Shown: positions 1 to 12,764 of the stretch, in pieces
How the letters are laid out: each line of letters begins with the position of its first letter
Numbering within the stretch: the stretch's first letter is position 1
The notes under the pieces: generated by a model
What the model saw: the letters and a program-made list of their open reading frames with translations, nothing else
Database searches by the model: none
What the model was told of the DNA's origin: nothing
Position numbers and translations under genes: made by a program
NCBI RefSeq assembly: GCF_020745735.1
Contig: NC_083418.1
Coordinates: forward strand, 48,005,776-48,069,775
Source: Hemiscyllium ocellatum
Taxonomy: Eukaryota
Length of the DNA stretch: 64,000 bases
Direction of reading: 5' to 3'

Positions 1-269
1 CTACAAGGAGTGAGCAGGTTTACTCTACAAATAACATAACACACAATTGGCAACTATAAATATATATACAGGAAACTCAATTTGAAACAATTACAGGGTT
101 TTATTTTCACTTGATTGCCATCCATTGATAGAACTTTAATGGTTCTAGACTGGAGCATTCACTGACAAAATGTTGGATTGCTATGAAATTAAGTCTTGCA
201 TTTTCCAAGCACTGCAAGGCTATGTGTTACTGGGGCTGAAAGCAGGAGTAACTCAGCTTCTGTGACAGT

Positions 270-886
270 GGGACCAGGGGCTGCATCTTCCTGGCAGTAG
301 CCAGTTATACGGTTGCTGCCAGAATATTAGCTTATTAATGAAGGTGACCCAGCTCCAAGAGCGGATATCCCAATCAGAGGGCTGGTGATTCAGCAGTGGT
401 CTCTCCTGGGCCTGTTCTTGGTGGGAGAATGCATGGCACCATCAAAGCAATGTAAGTAAGTTCTGGCCCAATTACCTACATGACAGCCTCTGGTGAGATT
501 GAGTGGGTTGGGATGTTACTGAGGCTATACTGCACCATTGGGGGAGGTCACGATAGCTGGGGCAGGGGGGTAGGGTCCTACATGGACCAAAGAGTACACA
601 AAAAATTCCCTCACCTAGAGTCCACCAGGAGGCTATCAGTGTTTATCTGACAATCTTCCCACACAGTGGAGATACCTTTCATCGCTGATGCAAAAGTACA
701 ACAGGGTAAGTTTCTAAATTGGCCTCTTAAATGGTTCACATGGGCTCCAGGCAGGAGGCTGTCTGCCACCTTTCCTACCAATAAATGTAATGGCATGGCA
801 TTGGGAAGATACGATGCCTTTCCTCGCCATTTTACCAACCTTTCTAGTATTAACCCCTCTTCAAAGACCCTGTAAAATTCAGACCA
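270..886. mobile_element. Degenerate GC-richer MITE-like repeat (right part)
   Basis: GC-richer than flanks and ends in gtaaaattcagacc, resembling a GGGCTGAATTTT/AAAATTCAGCCC-type terminal inverted repeat. Left terminus not found. Confidence 0.35.
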
Positions 887-1912
887 TAGAATTTTTTTTA
901 AAATCTGAAGATATATAGCTACAATCATTTCAGAAAGAGCAGTCAAAGTCTCTCTCATTACTCAACCATTCTAATTAAGCTATACTGTACATTTTGTTAA
1001 GAATTTGATGCATTTCAATTTATCTGACGTGAGTTAACATAGCAAAATAAATTCATTCATTCTGTTATTATAGAATCCATACAACTAGAATATATTTTGA
1101 AATACTTGAATGCAATGGAAAACTCCTACTTTATCTTAGTTTAATAATGTGGCAGGTGAACATTACTTTTGACTGTGAAGTGATGCACAAATAACTTTGA
1201 TCAAAGAGTAGGAGGCTGGAAACAGTAACACAACTTCTCAGAGCATCGGAAAACTTGATAGCATATTGTGCAAAACCTCAGGGTCATGTAACACAACTAT
1301 CACATTATGGTGGAGTAATATGATGATGAGATGGCCAGGTGACACATGATGTGTATGTTACAAATACTGAACTGTTAGGGATCTAAACCCTGAGATGAAA
1401 CCCCAGGCTACTTCTAATAATGGTACAGGTACAAAAACATAAATGTTGCTTATGGAACTATTACTGAGTTGTTTCGTGGGCAAAATTCACATACATTGCT
1501 ATAAATAATCAGTTGTTAGATCAGTAAGATGATGCATATTAAGCATTTGTATAATTAAGCAAGTTATGCTATCCTTCATGACTGTTATTTCATAAATAGA
1601 TGCAGTGAAATGAACGTTAAGTTACAATTCACATTGTAAAACATCTTGCTTTTTTTCTGCCAGGCAGGTTTTTAAATGTTGTACACATCCTGATTACCAT
1701 TACAAAATGACTTCCATGATATTTTGTGAAATGTTCCCATATTAGTTCGATAAAGTTAAATAATTATTTGCTGTTGTGATGTTGGTGTTTTGGAATAAGG
1801 TTTTTAATTGCAAACAAAACAGAAATTGCTGGAAAATTTTAGCAGGTCTGGCAGCATCTGTAGAGAGAAATCAGAGTTAACATTTTGGGTCCAGTGACCC
1901 TTCTTCAGAACA

Positions 1913-2116
1913 TGATTTGGAGATGCCGGTGTTGGACTGGGGTGTACAAAGTTAAAAAATCACACAACACCAGGTTACAGTCCAACAGGTTTAATTGGAA
2001 GCACACTAGCTTTTGGAGCGATGCTCCTATCACCTGATGAAGGAGCGTCGCTCCGAAAGCTAGTGTGCTTCCAATTAAACCTGTTGGACTATAACCTGGT
2101 GTTGTGTGATTTTTAA
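1913..2116. mobile_element. Younger palindromic Penelope-like element inserted into the outer element
   Basis: Flanked by 14-bp direct repeat ccttcttcagaaca (1899-1912, 2117-2130). Near-perfect ~80-bp inverted arms, 1951-2032 and 2035-2117. Confidence 0.85.
2031..2065 (+). ncRNA. Minimal type-I hammerhead ribozyme (intact core)
   Basis: CAC-CUGAUGA-A-GGAGC-GUC-GCUCC-GAAA-GC-UA-GUG. Stem I CAC/GUG, stem II GGAGC/GCUCC, palindromic stem III AGCU, predicted cleavage after A2062. Confidence 0.75.
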
Positions 2117-2406
2117 CCTTCTTCAGAACAGGCATGCTATCAATGAAGAAGGGTCACTGGACCTGAAACATTAACACTGATTTCTCTCCACAGATGTCCC
2201 CAGACCTGCTGAGATTTCCTAGCAATTTCTGTTTGTATTTCAGATCTCCAGTATCTGCAGGTCTTTCAGTTTTCAATCACAAGATTTCTACTGGACAAGA
2301 CAATTTCAAATCTTAAATATGTCTTTTCATTTGATTGATATTGGCAGTAGCCAATCTGTTTGTTCCCTATGTAAGGCATGCTTATCAATACAATGGTACT
2401 ACAACT

Positions 2407-2612
2407 CTTTGACCAGATTTGATGAAGGGCTTTTGCCTGAAACGTCGATTCTCCTGCTCCTCGGATACTGTTTGACCTGTTGTGCTTTGCTAGCACCACA
2501 CTCTCAACTTTGACCAGATTTGATAAAGCTTGCTGTTGGAAAAAGCACAGCAGGTCAGGCAGGATCTGAGAACCAAGACAGTCAACATTTCAGGCATAAC
2601 CCTTCTTCAGAC
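2407..2612. mobile_element. Two oppositely oriented copies of a third hammerhead-bearing Penelope-like repeat
   Basis: Plus copy tTGATGA-A-GGGC-TTTT-GCCT-GAAA-CG-TC (2419-2446) is flanked by a 17-bp direct repeat ctttgaccagatttgat (2407-2423, 2508-2524). Minus copy 2534-2612 reads CTGAAGA-A-GGGTTATGCCT-GAAA-TG-TT. Confidence 0.7.
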
Positions 2613-2835
2613 AATAAAAAATAAGATACCAACACTCCATCCTAGATACCTGCTAAGATGCAGGAGGAGCAAGTTGCCCCGAAAGTGGCCAGATGTGCAA
2701 ATTAATTCACATTGTTGTACATTGAACAATGATAGTGTAACAGCCATATCCCTTTGTTATCTGAACTATAGATTCACTTATTCTGTATATGTGCTCAATC
2801 AATCTCTCCAAAGGGGGACAAGCAGGTATTAGTCA

Positions 2836-2997
2836 GAAACAAAAACTGAAATTGCCGCCAAAACTCAGTGGGTCTGGCAGCATCTGTGGAGAGACAGCAT
2901 TTGGTTTGGGTGACCCTTCTTCAGAATACCCCGTGGAGTTTCTCCAGCAAATTTTGTTTTTGTTTCAGATTTCCAGTAGCTGCAGTTCTTTGTTTTA
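2836..2997. mobile_element. Penelope-like palindromic repeat, same family as 1811-2262
   Basis: ggtctggcagcatctgtggagaga...tgacccttcttcagaa followed by a partial inverted arm. Confidence 0.65.
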
Positions 2998-3319
2998 TTT
3001 CTGGTATTAGTCAGATGAAGTTTGATCCAAACAGTTAGATTATTTTGCTTAGAGAGCTTGAGAATACAAAGCAATTGATATAAATGAATTTACTTCTTAT
3101 AAACAGGACAAGTAAGCAGCATTCTTCAGATGATATGACATAATGAAGAACATGCCAGTCTTCCTCAGATAAGTGGACTGTTGTACTCAATTTAAACAAT
3201 GACTTCGAACTGCTCACAGTACTTGCAGTCTTCGAGAAAGCCCCCACAGCTTTCTCTTTAAAACTCATCTGCCAGTGTCTCTACTTTGGTCGATAAAATC
3301 AAAAAATGCTGTCAATACA

Positions 3320-3420
3320 TGGTCATAGACCTGAAACATTGATTCTGTTTCTCTCTCCACAGATGGTGCCTGACCTGTTGAGCATTTCAGATTAACAGCA
3401 CCGGCAGTATTCTGCTCTTC
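3320..3420 (+). mobile_element. Penelope-like repeat arm (degraded)
   Basis: ggtcatagacctgaaacattgattctgtttctctctccacagatg matches the arm at 2151-2240. Confidence 0.6.
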
Positions 3421-3734
3421 CAGTCTCTGTACCTTGGTGTTTCATCTCTCACTGTTCAGAAATAAAAATGAATAAAGGAGCTTCAAAATAATAGGCAAAT
3501 GCTGGTTAATGAATCCAGTGACAGGTTTATGAATCCCTTATTGTTTCGTCTCTGCAAGGGGTGGGGAGCTGGGGTGGGAAATTTCAATGGCACATGAAGC
3601 AGCATTCTTCTGGGTTGATTCTTTTCAATGCAGGGATATATACATTTTGCTTTGAAAATGCAACATTAAAAATAAGTTCTTAGTCGAGATCCCTCTGTAA
3701 ATAAAGGTCAAAATCATGTCCAAAATAGGACAGA

Positions 3735-3880
3735 ATATTGGGATAACATTTCAGGTATGACCCCAATAAAAGACCAGACCTGAAATGTTAACCTGTCTTC
3801 CCCGAATGCTGTTATTCAACCTACTGCACCCTTCTGCTCCGATTTCACATTTCCAACATTTGCATTGTTTTTCTTTCTAT
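3735..3880. mobile_element. Old Penelope-like palindromic repeat
   Basis: Inverted pair aacatttcaggt / acctgaaatgtt with a degraded downstream arm. Confidence 0.45.
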
Positions 3881-5369
3881 TCTGTCTCCAGTTTCATTCT
3901 AATGATCAATTTACTGACAATGACATTCCCTAATTATACTGAATGCACCGATGTCATTAGAATGTAGGAATCCCAGTTCTATAGAATTGACAGGTCAACT
4001 ACACACACCGTTCTAATTGTGCATTATACGATTCAGCATTAAAGATTCGCAGACATCTCTTTTTAGAGGTCAAACAGGAAAAATGTGGGTATTTGGAAAG
4101 CTGCAAAGGACATTCAGTACTCATAGGGATAACATGCAGTTCTCTAAAGAATTTCAAGTCCCAGGACAACAGCAGCTTCTAAAATGCTACATCTGTTTTT
4201 GAAATTCCGTACCTCAATCCTATTTAAATGTGTAATGTGTCGTTTTTTCATTCCAATCCACCACAGCAAAGATTGAATTTACACTTTCATATTTTACATG
4301 GTCTAAGCAATGATTGGTATACCAGGGTTATCACCAAGCCCTCTTCTATCCCAGAGTTAAAACTTCATATTCTGAACAATTCTCTGAGCCACAATAGGTT
4401 GGAAAAGTTAAGAAAAATCATAAATATGAGAAATCTAATTTTTTTAAAATGATAAATTCACAGCAGCTCAGTCAGAATCTGAAAGAGGATGAAGAGTTCT
4501 TATTTTATGTTGACCTCCTGAGTAGGATCGCGCGTGAAATAATATTGGATCATTTTTCACTTCAGGTATTAACCAACCTGCTGCATATTTCAAACATATT
4601 CATATTTTAAATCTGAATGTATAGATTCAGCTCTGTTGGAACATAACACTTGAAATGGGGAATTGAACTGATTGGTGGGGGGAGCTTTTGATTAGAGGAG
4701 AAGGAAACTGATTAAATTTGGAATTTGTTATGAATATGTATTTTGACTGTAGGTGAACAGAACTCGCTCAGTTTCCACTCCCTAGTCTATGCGCTGTTGT
4801 TGGTTTATTCTTTCAACTGCAAATTCCTCTGTGAGTACCACTCATAAAATGAACAGGGCTTTGTGGTGAATTGATTATTCACTTTACAGGAACCTGACTA
4901 GATTCAGGAGATATTAGTGATGGTAGATTGAGAAACATAAACAAGAGCCTTTCACCTCCCATAAGTAACTTTCAAATTACCAGTGCAGAGTATATTAAAG
5001 AAATATTAAAGTTCTTAAAGCATGACATGCTTATGCACAGCTGTGAAAATAATCTGGTGGAAAACTATAATTTAATTTCTTAAAAAGTTGAGCTGTGAGG
5101 TGTTTTCTTTAGTAATAATGCCCCTCATTTTCACCTGGCCAATAAAGTTGTTTCCTGTAATCAAATTAAACTGAAAAGTATTTATATAAGAATTAATTTA
5201 AAATAAACCCATAGACAGATACGAAAAAGATTGTTTTTCTTAAAAAAAAAGAAATGTCACTCAAAGTAAATTTTCTGAAGACTTAAACATATTATTTTTC
5301 CCAGGCTGAGATAGTTTCTGTATCATTTTCAGGTAGCCTCTATTTAATCTAAATGAAAATTCTAAGGAA

Positions 5370-5740
5370 GCACTATCACTGCTGAGTCAAAAGGTTGGGG
5401 GTCAATTCCCTGCAGACCCAAACACCTAATCAACACACCATCGAGGGGGGATGCTGCACTGTTAGAAGTTCTGTCCTTCGGATAAGTGAATAATATGAAG
5501 GTCAAGGCATTAAAGGACCTGTGACACAAAGGAAAGCAGAAGCATTCTTCAACTCCCTTGCATATATCATTCTGCCAACACCAGCAAAAAAAAGACTACT
5601 TGGTCATTCAGTCATTCGCCATGTAAGACTTTGTTATTTGTAGATTAGCTGCTGCATTTCCTCCATAACAACAGTTTCCTTCAAAGTAATCTATCGATTG
5701 TAAGGTACCTATGATATTCTGAGTATTCTTCCTTAACACT
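5370..5740 (+). mobile_element. Ancient SacSINE1/DeuSINE-like SINE
   Basis: tRNA-like head (ctgagtcaaaaggttgggggtcaattccc) and Deu-domain-like gctgcactgttagaagttctgtccttcggataag. Confidence 0.55.
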
Positions 5741-8700
5741 TCAATTCGTAAAGAGTATCGTATTATCAGAGATATTGCACTTGGCATGAGCCATTAATTA
5801 AAGACCTAGTGTGATGTAGATAGATGCAAAAGGTTCTAACAGTTTACTTATTTGAAGATGGTTATGGAGCTCTCATTTGCTCTGACCATCATTCTCCTGG
5901 AAAGAACAATAGGGTGACTGACCATTCATCTTATTGTAGTTCCCCACTTCATAGTTTCTACAGTATATTTGCTCCATTTGTTTACATAACAGGATTCACT
6001 GTTCTTCTAGATAACGATTGTATGAGTTACACGTTTCTGAGAAATAAATTGCAGTGATTTATACATTAAATCTGCATGACTATTAAGCTTATATAACATT
6101 ACTTTTGATCAGTGTTAGCCTTTCATTGAGTCAGTCACTCTCTACAGCTCATCTACTCTTTAATAGTTACTCCGTTGGCTCATTTGGTAAGATACTTTAT
6201 CCTGAAAAATCCCCTCTTCAGTCTATGCTAAATTAGAAATCACTGTTTCACTACAACCCTTCTTTTGACTTCAGTGTCATTTAGAAAGTTCTCCATAGTT
6301 CCCACTTGTGACTGCTCAGTACTGACTCCTGCGGAATACTATAGACTTCAGGTGATGACTGCACTAATTTCAGCATAATGTCCATTAATTAACTTGTGCT
6401 ATAAATGACTAATAAAACTCAAGTGAGGCAGTAGATGGCAGCCAGTGCCAGATTAAATAACTCATTTAAAAGTGGGGCAACCAAAGATGTAAAAGAAATG
6501 CTTGAAGATAGTTTTAAAGCCTGTCAGAAACCAAATTCATATGGCTGTTAGGCCAAGTACTGATCTCCAGTTCATACATCTTCCAATCAAATCTCAGCTT
6601 TGACAACTATTGGAATTTGATTTTGTTCCATGGGTGAGTTTTAATGGGGAATAGATCAAAGTACACAAGGAAACACCTCATACTGATTGTGTCATCAGAA
6701 TGCAAATATATCTCATGCCATCCTTTCATATTTGTGTAAAGTACAAAAACAGGAGAAATTTACAATTGATGTCGACTCATCTTTGAAGATAAATAAATTG
6801 GTACTTCAAAGTTACCAAGCCTTTAAAAAGAAAACTTGAGAGTTATTTACAGCACAAAAACAAACAGACAGGCTTGGTTGCCTTGTCCTAGCAATGAAAA
6901 TGTCTCTCTGTAGCACCATCATAACTAAACTATGCATGAATATACCACACCCTGACTTTGCCAAGAAAATCCCAGGGTGATTCTGTCTAGATCCAGCTCA
7001 AGCTATTTGTCAATTAACTGACACACCACAAATGAGGGTGTTATCATTTGTGATCTGACATTCTGACTAAGGTACCTGGAAAATTAGTAATGATTTTTGC
7101 CCTGATAATTTCCTTCAATCTCTGTTATTATAAATGGAAAGGAAACAAGCAAATAGAATTATTTTCAGATTGTTCCAGCAAGGAGTCAGCACAGATAATA
7201 TGCTTCAAGCTGTCTCCTATATTTCGTCTAAATTATTAAGGTTCCACCTGGTGAAGGGGCTTGAAGAGGGTCTGTTAATTCTCAATGCCCCACATGAAGT
7301 GAATAAATAAGGTGTGAGATTGTTATGACAAATAGGAATTGCTAGTAACATTATTAGGATGTATTGATTGAAATATGTTACTGTAAGTGTGCCTGAGCTG
7401 AATTAAAATTCACAAATACTGTCATTAGCCTTTCAATCTTCTCTTTGCATGAGTTAATTTATCACCCTTATTCCAGGCTGATCCACCCAATCAGTTCCCA
7501 AACAATATTTTTAATGGTCATTGCTTAAAAACACATGCAAAAAATATTGATGAATCAAAAGAAAGTTTCTACTTTCTAATTTTTAAAGAGGCATAAAGAT
7601 GGGAGCTTCTTACTTTAATTGAATTTATCTTGCTTTATTTAAATGATCCATGGGGGGTCTTCTAATGTCAATTTACCAGTTTGATGTCTTACCAGCGTTT
7701 CATGATTCTTTTTTACCTCCTGTTATCATTCACATTTCTTTTGTTTTGTTTGCTTTGTCTCAGCAGCATATCCTCATATTTATACAAAGGTTACTCATCA
7801 ACAAGAATGCTTCCTAGGCAAAATAGTTAGCCCTTGTACTCATTAAAGCAGGTTACAAACAAATGGATGCTTGATCAAGATGTGTTTCTATATGTTACAT
7901 GTATCGAAGTAGACATGGAAAAAATATTGAAGCTGATGACAAGTAGTTGAAAATGCTGCAAGAACTATGGTCTATCTATGAAGTCTGGAAAGGTTATTTC
8001 ATCACACAGCCTGCAAACATGGTAATTTTTTAATGAAATGCATTTAAACTTGGGTGATTCTGTCACTGGGTTTCAGCAGCCGAGGACTACTCTCTCCTTA
8101 CAGCTCGGATGTGATGGAATGTTTTGACTTGCGAATTGTCCCTGCAGATAGCGTTACATTCAACAACTACTTGTGTATAATTAGTTAGCATTATGGTCTT
8201 ACTGCTGTCTGCCTTTACAGTTCAGTAACAGCGCCAAGTGTCTCTCCATATCAAAACGGATATCCTATTTCTTCCAAGTTTAAGTTGTGGTTTTCTGCCC
8301 TGTCTTGTAAGCCATAGACCTTTCTTGATAGTAATGGTAGCATTTAATTTCTCTTGTACTGTGACAGCACTCTATGATGCTGCTTGCCACTGATCTCACA
8401 CATGATCCTTTTACCAAACTTATTTATTTCAAATTGAACGTACAGAAGATGTTTTAATCCTTTTGAATAGAGAGCATCCTTTGTCTTACTTTGCATTTAG
8501 GAGTAACAGGCAGGAATCCTGCAAGGGCACTGGAGAGTTTGTACTCGACTTGGTGATACTGGGTCGGATTTAGGCCCAGAATGTCTCTTTGAACTGAATG
8601 ACATAAATGATTACTAGTACATCAAAGCCATGACAATTTTTAAAAATCTTTATTTCTGAAGTATTCAAGAAATATTACCCAACATGCACATTTGGAGAAG

Positions 8701-10455
8701 CATGCCTGTTGGTAAAATACAAGTAAATGGGTGACAGAGCTGGCACAAAGAACTGCACCAGTGAGACTGGAACAAAAAGCACCGCTTGTAAAGCCAAGAT
8801 ATTTAAATAAGAATACTGCACCGCTGAAAAGTCTATTCAAAACCGCTAACAATTAAACTTTCTTCCAAACAAGATGTAGAGTACACTCTCCAACATAAAG
8901 CTCCATCCCTCCTTTAATTAAAGCAGAAATCAGAAAAAAAGACCTAAACTGCAACAAAAGCTCGTATGTATTTGTGACAGTAAATTATGAAAGCAATAGG
9001 TTCCAGAAGCCTTCGACTCACTTCTATATGGTTATGGTGTTGGGAAGCAACTAGCCAATGAGGTATTTCAACAAACGGCCCCTTTGGCCTCTACTTTCCA
9101 TTAATCTATGACATCAGATACAGTACTTGAAGTAAAATCTCATATCTATTTTTAAGCAACATTATTATAAGTTGTTTGTAGGAATACAATAGTTGGAAGC
9201 AATCCACATAGCCAGATTCTGATACATAAAATCCACTACATCTCCATATCCCACACTCTTAATGCAGCATGTCTATTCTCGAATATACTACTCTCTCCCT
9301 TTCACGTTTCAGTCTGGTCTTGGTTATGCTGGTTTCTGTTGTACTGTGTGGCAACCCAATGGCATAATAAAGTGTAACTGAAGCAGTGTGCTCCTGGTAT
9401 TTACATTAGTGAAACCAGCTCCCTTAACCAGACAGCACATGTACAGATCCACCATCCACCGTGGTCTAATTTGCTGCTAGTTTCTGAACCACTCACATTC
9501 ATACTGGGAGAGAATTGAGCAACTGTGTCCCTGTAAGGTAATACCACTTGTAGAAATGTGCTGAAAGAGGTAAAATTCCTTCTAACAACTCTGGTCATGA
9601 AAAGGCTATCACAAGTACCAATTGCAATCTGCCAACTGTTTTCCAAAAAAGACTCATGAGAAATTTCATCCTAAGTCTCTTAATTGCCTTGATTGTAGCC
9701 AATAACTGGTTATCAAACAATCGAAAACCCCAGTGAATTTTTAACATCTCATTGATTTAGGTTTCTGTGTCAAGGTGAGGGATGGTAATGATGGAAAATG
9801 GAAATTTGTCAATTTCTTACTTCTAACCTCTAGAACTCCCAGTGTATGATTTAGATTTGAATCGAACTCTCAATGCCCCTGCTCGTTATTGTTTCTTAAC
9901 CCTCGTACTCAAGCAAGATTGCAAATACACATTGGCAGTCCAAACCAGTTCCCAGAGGAAAGAAGGCACTGCAATATCCACTAAACCACCCAATGTCTCT
10001 TTGCAAAAGGCCTTAATGGAATAATATTCAAACAAATAAAATAATTTTATCCAGAAACATTACTAAAGTAGTGTCAAATTCCCAGCATGGTTCATGCAGC
10101 TTTTTGACATTTAAAACTCTCAGCACCACTTATACCAATTGTAATGTTAAGCAGATGCTGTTCTCTTTCCCGATAGTGTAAAAAGTCTGTACTTTGAGCA
10201 AACATTAATTTTCTTCACAAATACAATTTAATTTCTGACAAAATTCTAAATGCATGGAAGTAGTTACACTGAGTTAATTTGAATGTTAATTGTTTTCAAA
10301 TTCAGGCAATGTAGCGCAATGAAATGAAAATAGGATAAGCTTTTATCACCACACAGTGACTGATTAATACATACATACAGTAAAAGCTTATAATCCTACT
10401 TGGGCCATTCATTATACAACAATTAGTCATGTCACAGGAATTGAGAGGCTCTTAC

Positions 10456-10493
10456 CTCCCGGCTCTATTAGTAGCTGCTGAGAAATCACATTC
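10456..10493 (-). CDS. Candidate 38-nt internal micro-exon of an unidentified minus-strand gene (coding or 5'UTR)
   Basis: Minus strand: ccaatctccctgcag|GAATGTGATTTCTCAGCAGCTACTAATAGAGCCGGGAG|gtaaga. Good acceptor and donor, non-repetitive context, two open frames. Confidence 0.4.
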
Positions 10494-10679
10494 CTGCAGG
10501 GAGATTGGAACTGCAGGCTATCTTAGGGGAGGGAATGTCCTGATGTATATCAATTTAACAAATCTTATTTTATTAAGCAAAGAAATATTTGTGGCTCCCA
10601 GTAGAAATGCAACTGCTGATAAATTTTGCACTCTTTCTCTCAGGCATCCTTCTATTTAAAGGATTTGCCAGTAAAATTG

Positions 10680-11025
10680 GCATAATCTGACATTTTAACA
10701 GATAAATAGGTATCTGCTGTTAACATGGAGCTGAGAGTCCTGTCTCCCTGGGGCAACATTCAGCTTCAAATTGGTTGAGAGTTGGTTACAACCAGGAAAT
10801 GTTGTTTTAGTGTAGACAGTGATTATGACTCGTTTGCAGCTTGTGTCATAACATTGCAAAATTGATACAGTATTCCGTCCCATTTACACCATTTTTGATG
10901 CCATTGGGTATAATACTATCAGCACCAGCAGTTCTTCACCTAGGTGGATATTCATCGTAGCTAAGAATAGACAATCCGTTTTGACTAGATATTTGGCCAC
11001 AGAGGCCATCACAGTCAAGATTAAT
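10680..11025 (-). mobile_element. Old LINE fragment
   Basis: Degenerate LINE-like coding sequence; family not resolved. Confidence 0.3.
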
Positions 11026-11029
11026 TGTG

Positions 11030-11260
11030 TTCTCACCTGACATGCATGATCATGCACTTTCCAACAGGAGTGATCTAATTATAATTAGGAGTAAGGATCC
11101 CAGTTTATTTCCTTTTCTTTCTTCCTGGCCCAACACTGAAGCTCATTTCAGGGTTTATACTCTACTCTGGACATCATCATTGAGAGTAAGGATCAAACTT
11201 GAGACCTCATCAGTCTGATTCGTTTTGCCCTGAGGAACTAAGACATCAGGGCAGTCAGTA
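11030..11260 (-). mobile_element. Ancient tRNA-head SINE relic (LF-SINE-like)
   Basis: Weak similarity to other degraded copies near 4750-4870, 6900-7090 and 40200-40400. Confidence 0.3.
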
Positions 11261-11314
11261 TAAAAAGTATTTAATGGAGCAACATGGAAGTAACAGGAAG
11301 TAATTTTCCATAGT

Positions 11315-11510
11315 ATAACATAGCACTCTTACAGTTCAGAAACTGACCATTTGGTTTATAGGTCCAACATAGGCCTCCTTCCCTGCCCCCATCCCCTCTG
11401 ACTTCATCTAATCCTATCAACATATGCTTCTACTCCTTATGCTTTTATGGACTTCATTACTTTCCCCTTAAATGCACCTAGGCTTTTTGCCTCAATAAAC
11501 ATTTGGGATT
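11315..11510 (-). mobile_element. Old CR1 3' end fragment
   Basis: Degenerate CR1 3'UTR in reverse (acagttcagaaactgaccatttgg...cccttaaatgcacctaggct). Confidence 0.45.
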
Positions 11511-12764
11511 CTCTTTATCATTTTTGCTTCTTTAACAGCATCTCAAATGTCCATTCGGCAGCAATTGTCAGGACTTCCACTTAAGCCAAGAGTTTAATTT
11601 TCTTTGCCAGGATCCTAGAGGCTGAGGAGGCACAACATAACTGTGCTGTTTTAGCAATATGCTCTTCCTTGCATAAAAATCAAATAATTTCACACTGAAT
11701 CCCCGCCACCTGTTTTGCATTGTAAATTGTAAAACATTTTTCTGGCAGTCTACCAGCCAGGCTTTAGACTATTTACTTGGTAGCTTCATTCACCCAGTGG
11801 AAAGACTGTCCACACACTGTCAATCATACTTTATTAGTCAACTGTAACACTCCAATGCCATGCTGACACATTTTATGTGGATGAGCTCTTTTCAGAGATA
11901 GAAAAATGAATGTATCCAACAATAAGAAGCAAGCACCATGTCAAATTTTCATGGAAACCATATCGACGGACATTATTTCAACTGCATGACTGAAGTTAAG
12001 CAGCAGTTCCCATAACAAGAAGTCGTTTTCAACTCAAAAGAGGGTGTTTTGTTGCCACTTTCTATTTCTGTTCAATACTGATACATCAATATCAATTATT
12101 CTTTACAATATCTGTTAAGACAACATTTTGCAATTTTTTTTGCTCATAAACAATGTGATCAGCAAATGACTAAAAAGTTCAAGGCAATACAAAATAATCC
12201 ATAAGCAAAAGCAAATCACACCAGAGTGGTGCAGTGGGTAGTGGGAGAGGGGGTAGAGTTGTTGTCACAATAGTTGTTAAGATGATTGTGCATTTGTGAG
12301 GTTTGTGTTATTGATTAGGTTTCCCATGGATGTGTGCAATCAAGTTTGCACTGTTATCTTCAATGATACAGTGGAAAAAGAAATGTAAATACCCAGATGG
12401 TTTTATCAGTGCTGTGTTCATTACTTATATTCAAGAATGTAGTGTCTGTATGATACAGGTCTAGCAGTGTTGCAAGTATTATCTACACAGTTCTAACAGT
12501 GTTTTTTTGTCTTATCTCCATGCCAGTAGGTCTATCAGCAGTATATGCCTTAATTACACACATACAGGTTTGGCATTGTGATATGCCCTACGTATATTCA
12601 TATAGATCTAGCAATACTATAATTATATCCAATTAGATTCGGCAATACAACCTGAATTTTGAATATCCATATAAATCCAGCAGCACACACAAGTTAATGG
12701 TATGTGTTCACTGTTCAAAGTGTTAAATACATTATCATCTGCATCCATTTTTGCTTTAAGTGTC

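Larger units (their letters stand above)
1811..2262. mobile_element. Palindromic Penelope-like terminal-repeat element with hammerhead motifs (outer element)
   Basis: 1811-1912 and 2143-2240 are inverted copies. Arm consensus GTT-CTGAAGA-A-GGGTC-ACTG-GACCC-GAAA-CG-TT-AAC is a minimal hammerhead layout. Confidence 0.75.

Noticed and set aside
1951-2117. pre-miRNA hairpin
   Set aside because: The hairpin is explained by a TSD-flanked palindromic repeat and I recognise no mature miRNA in it.
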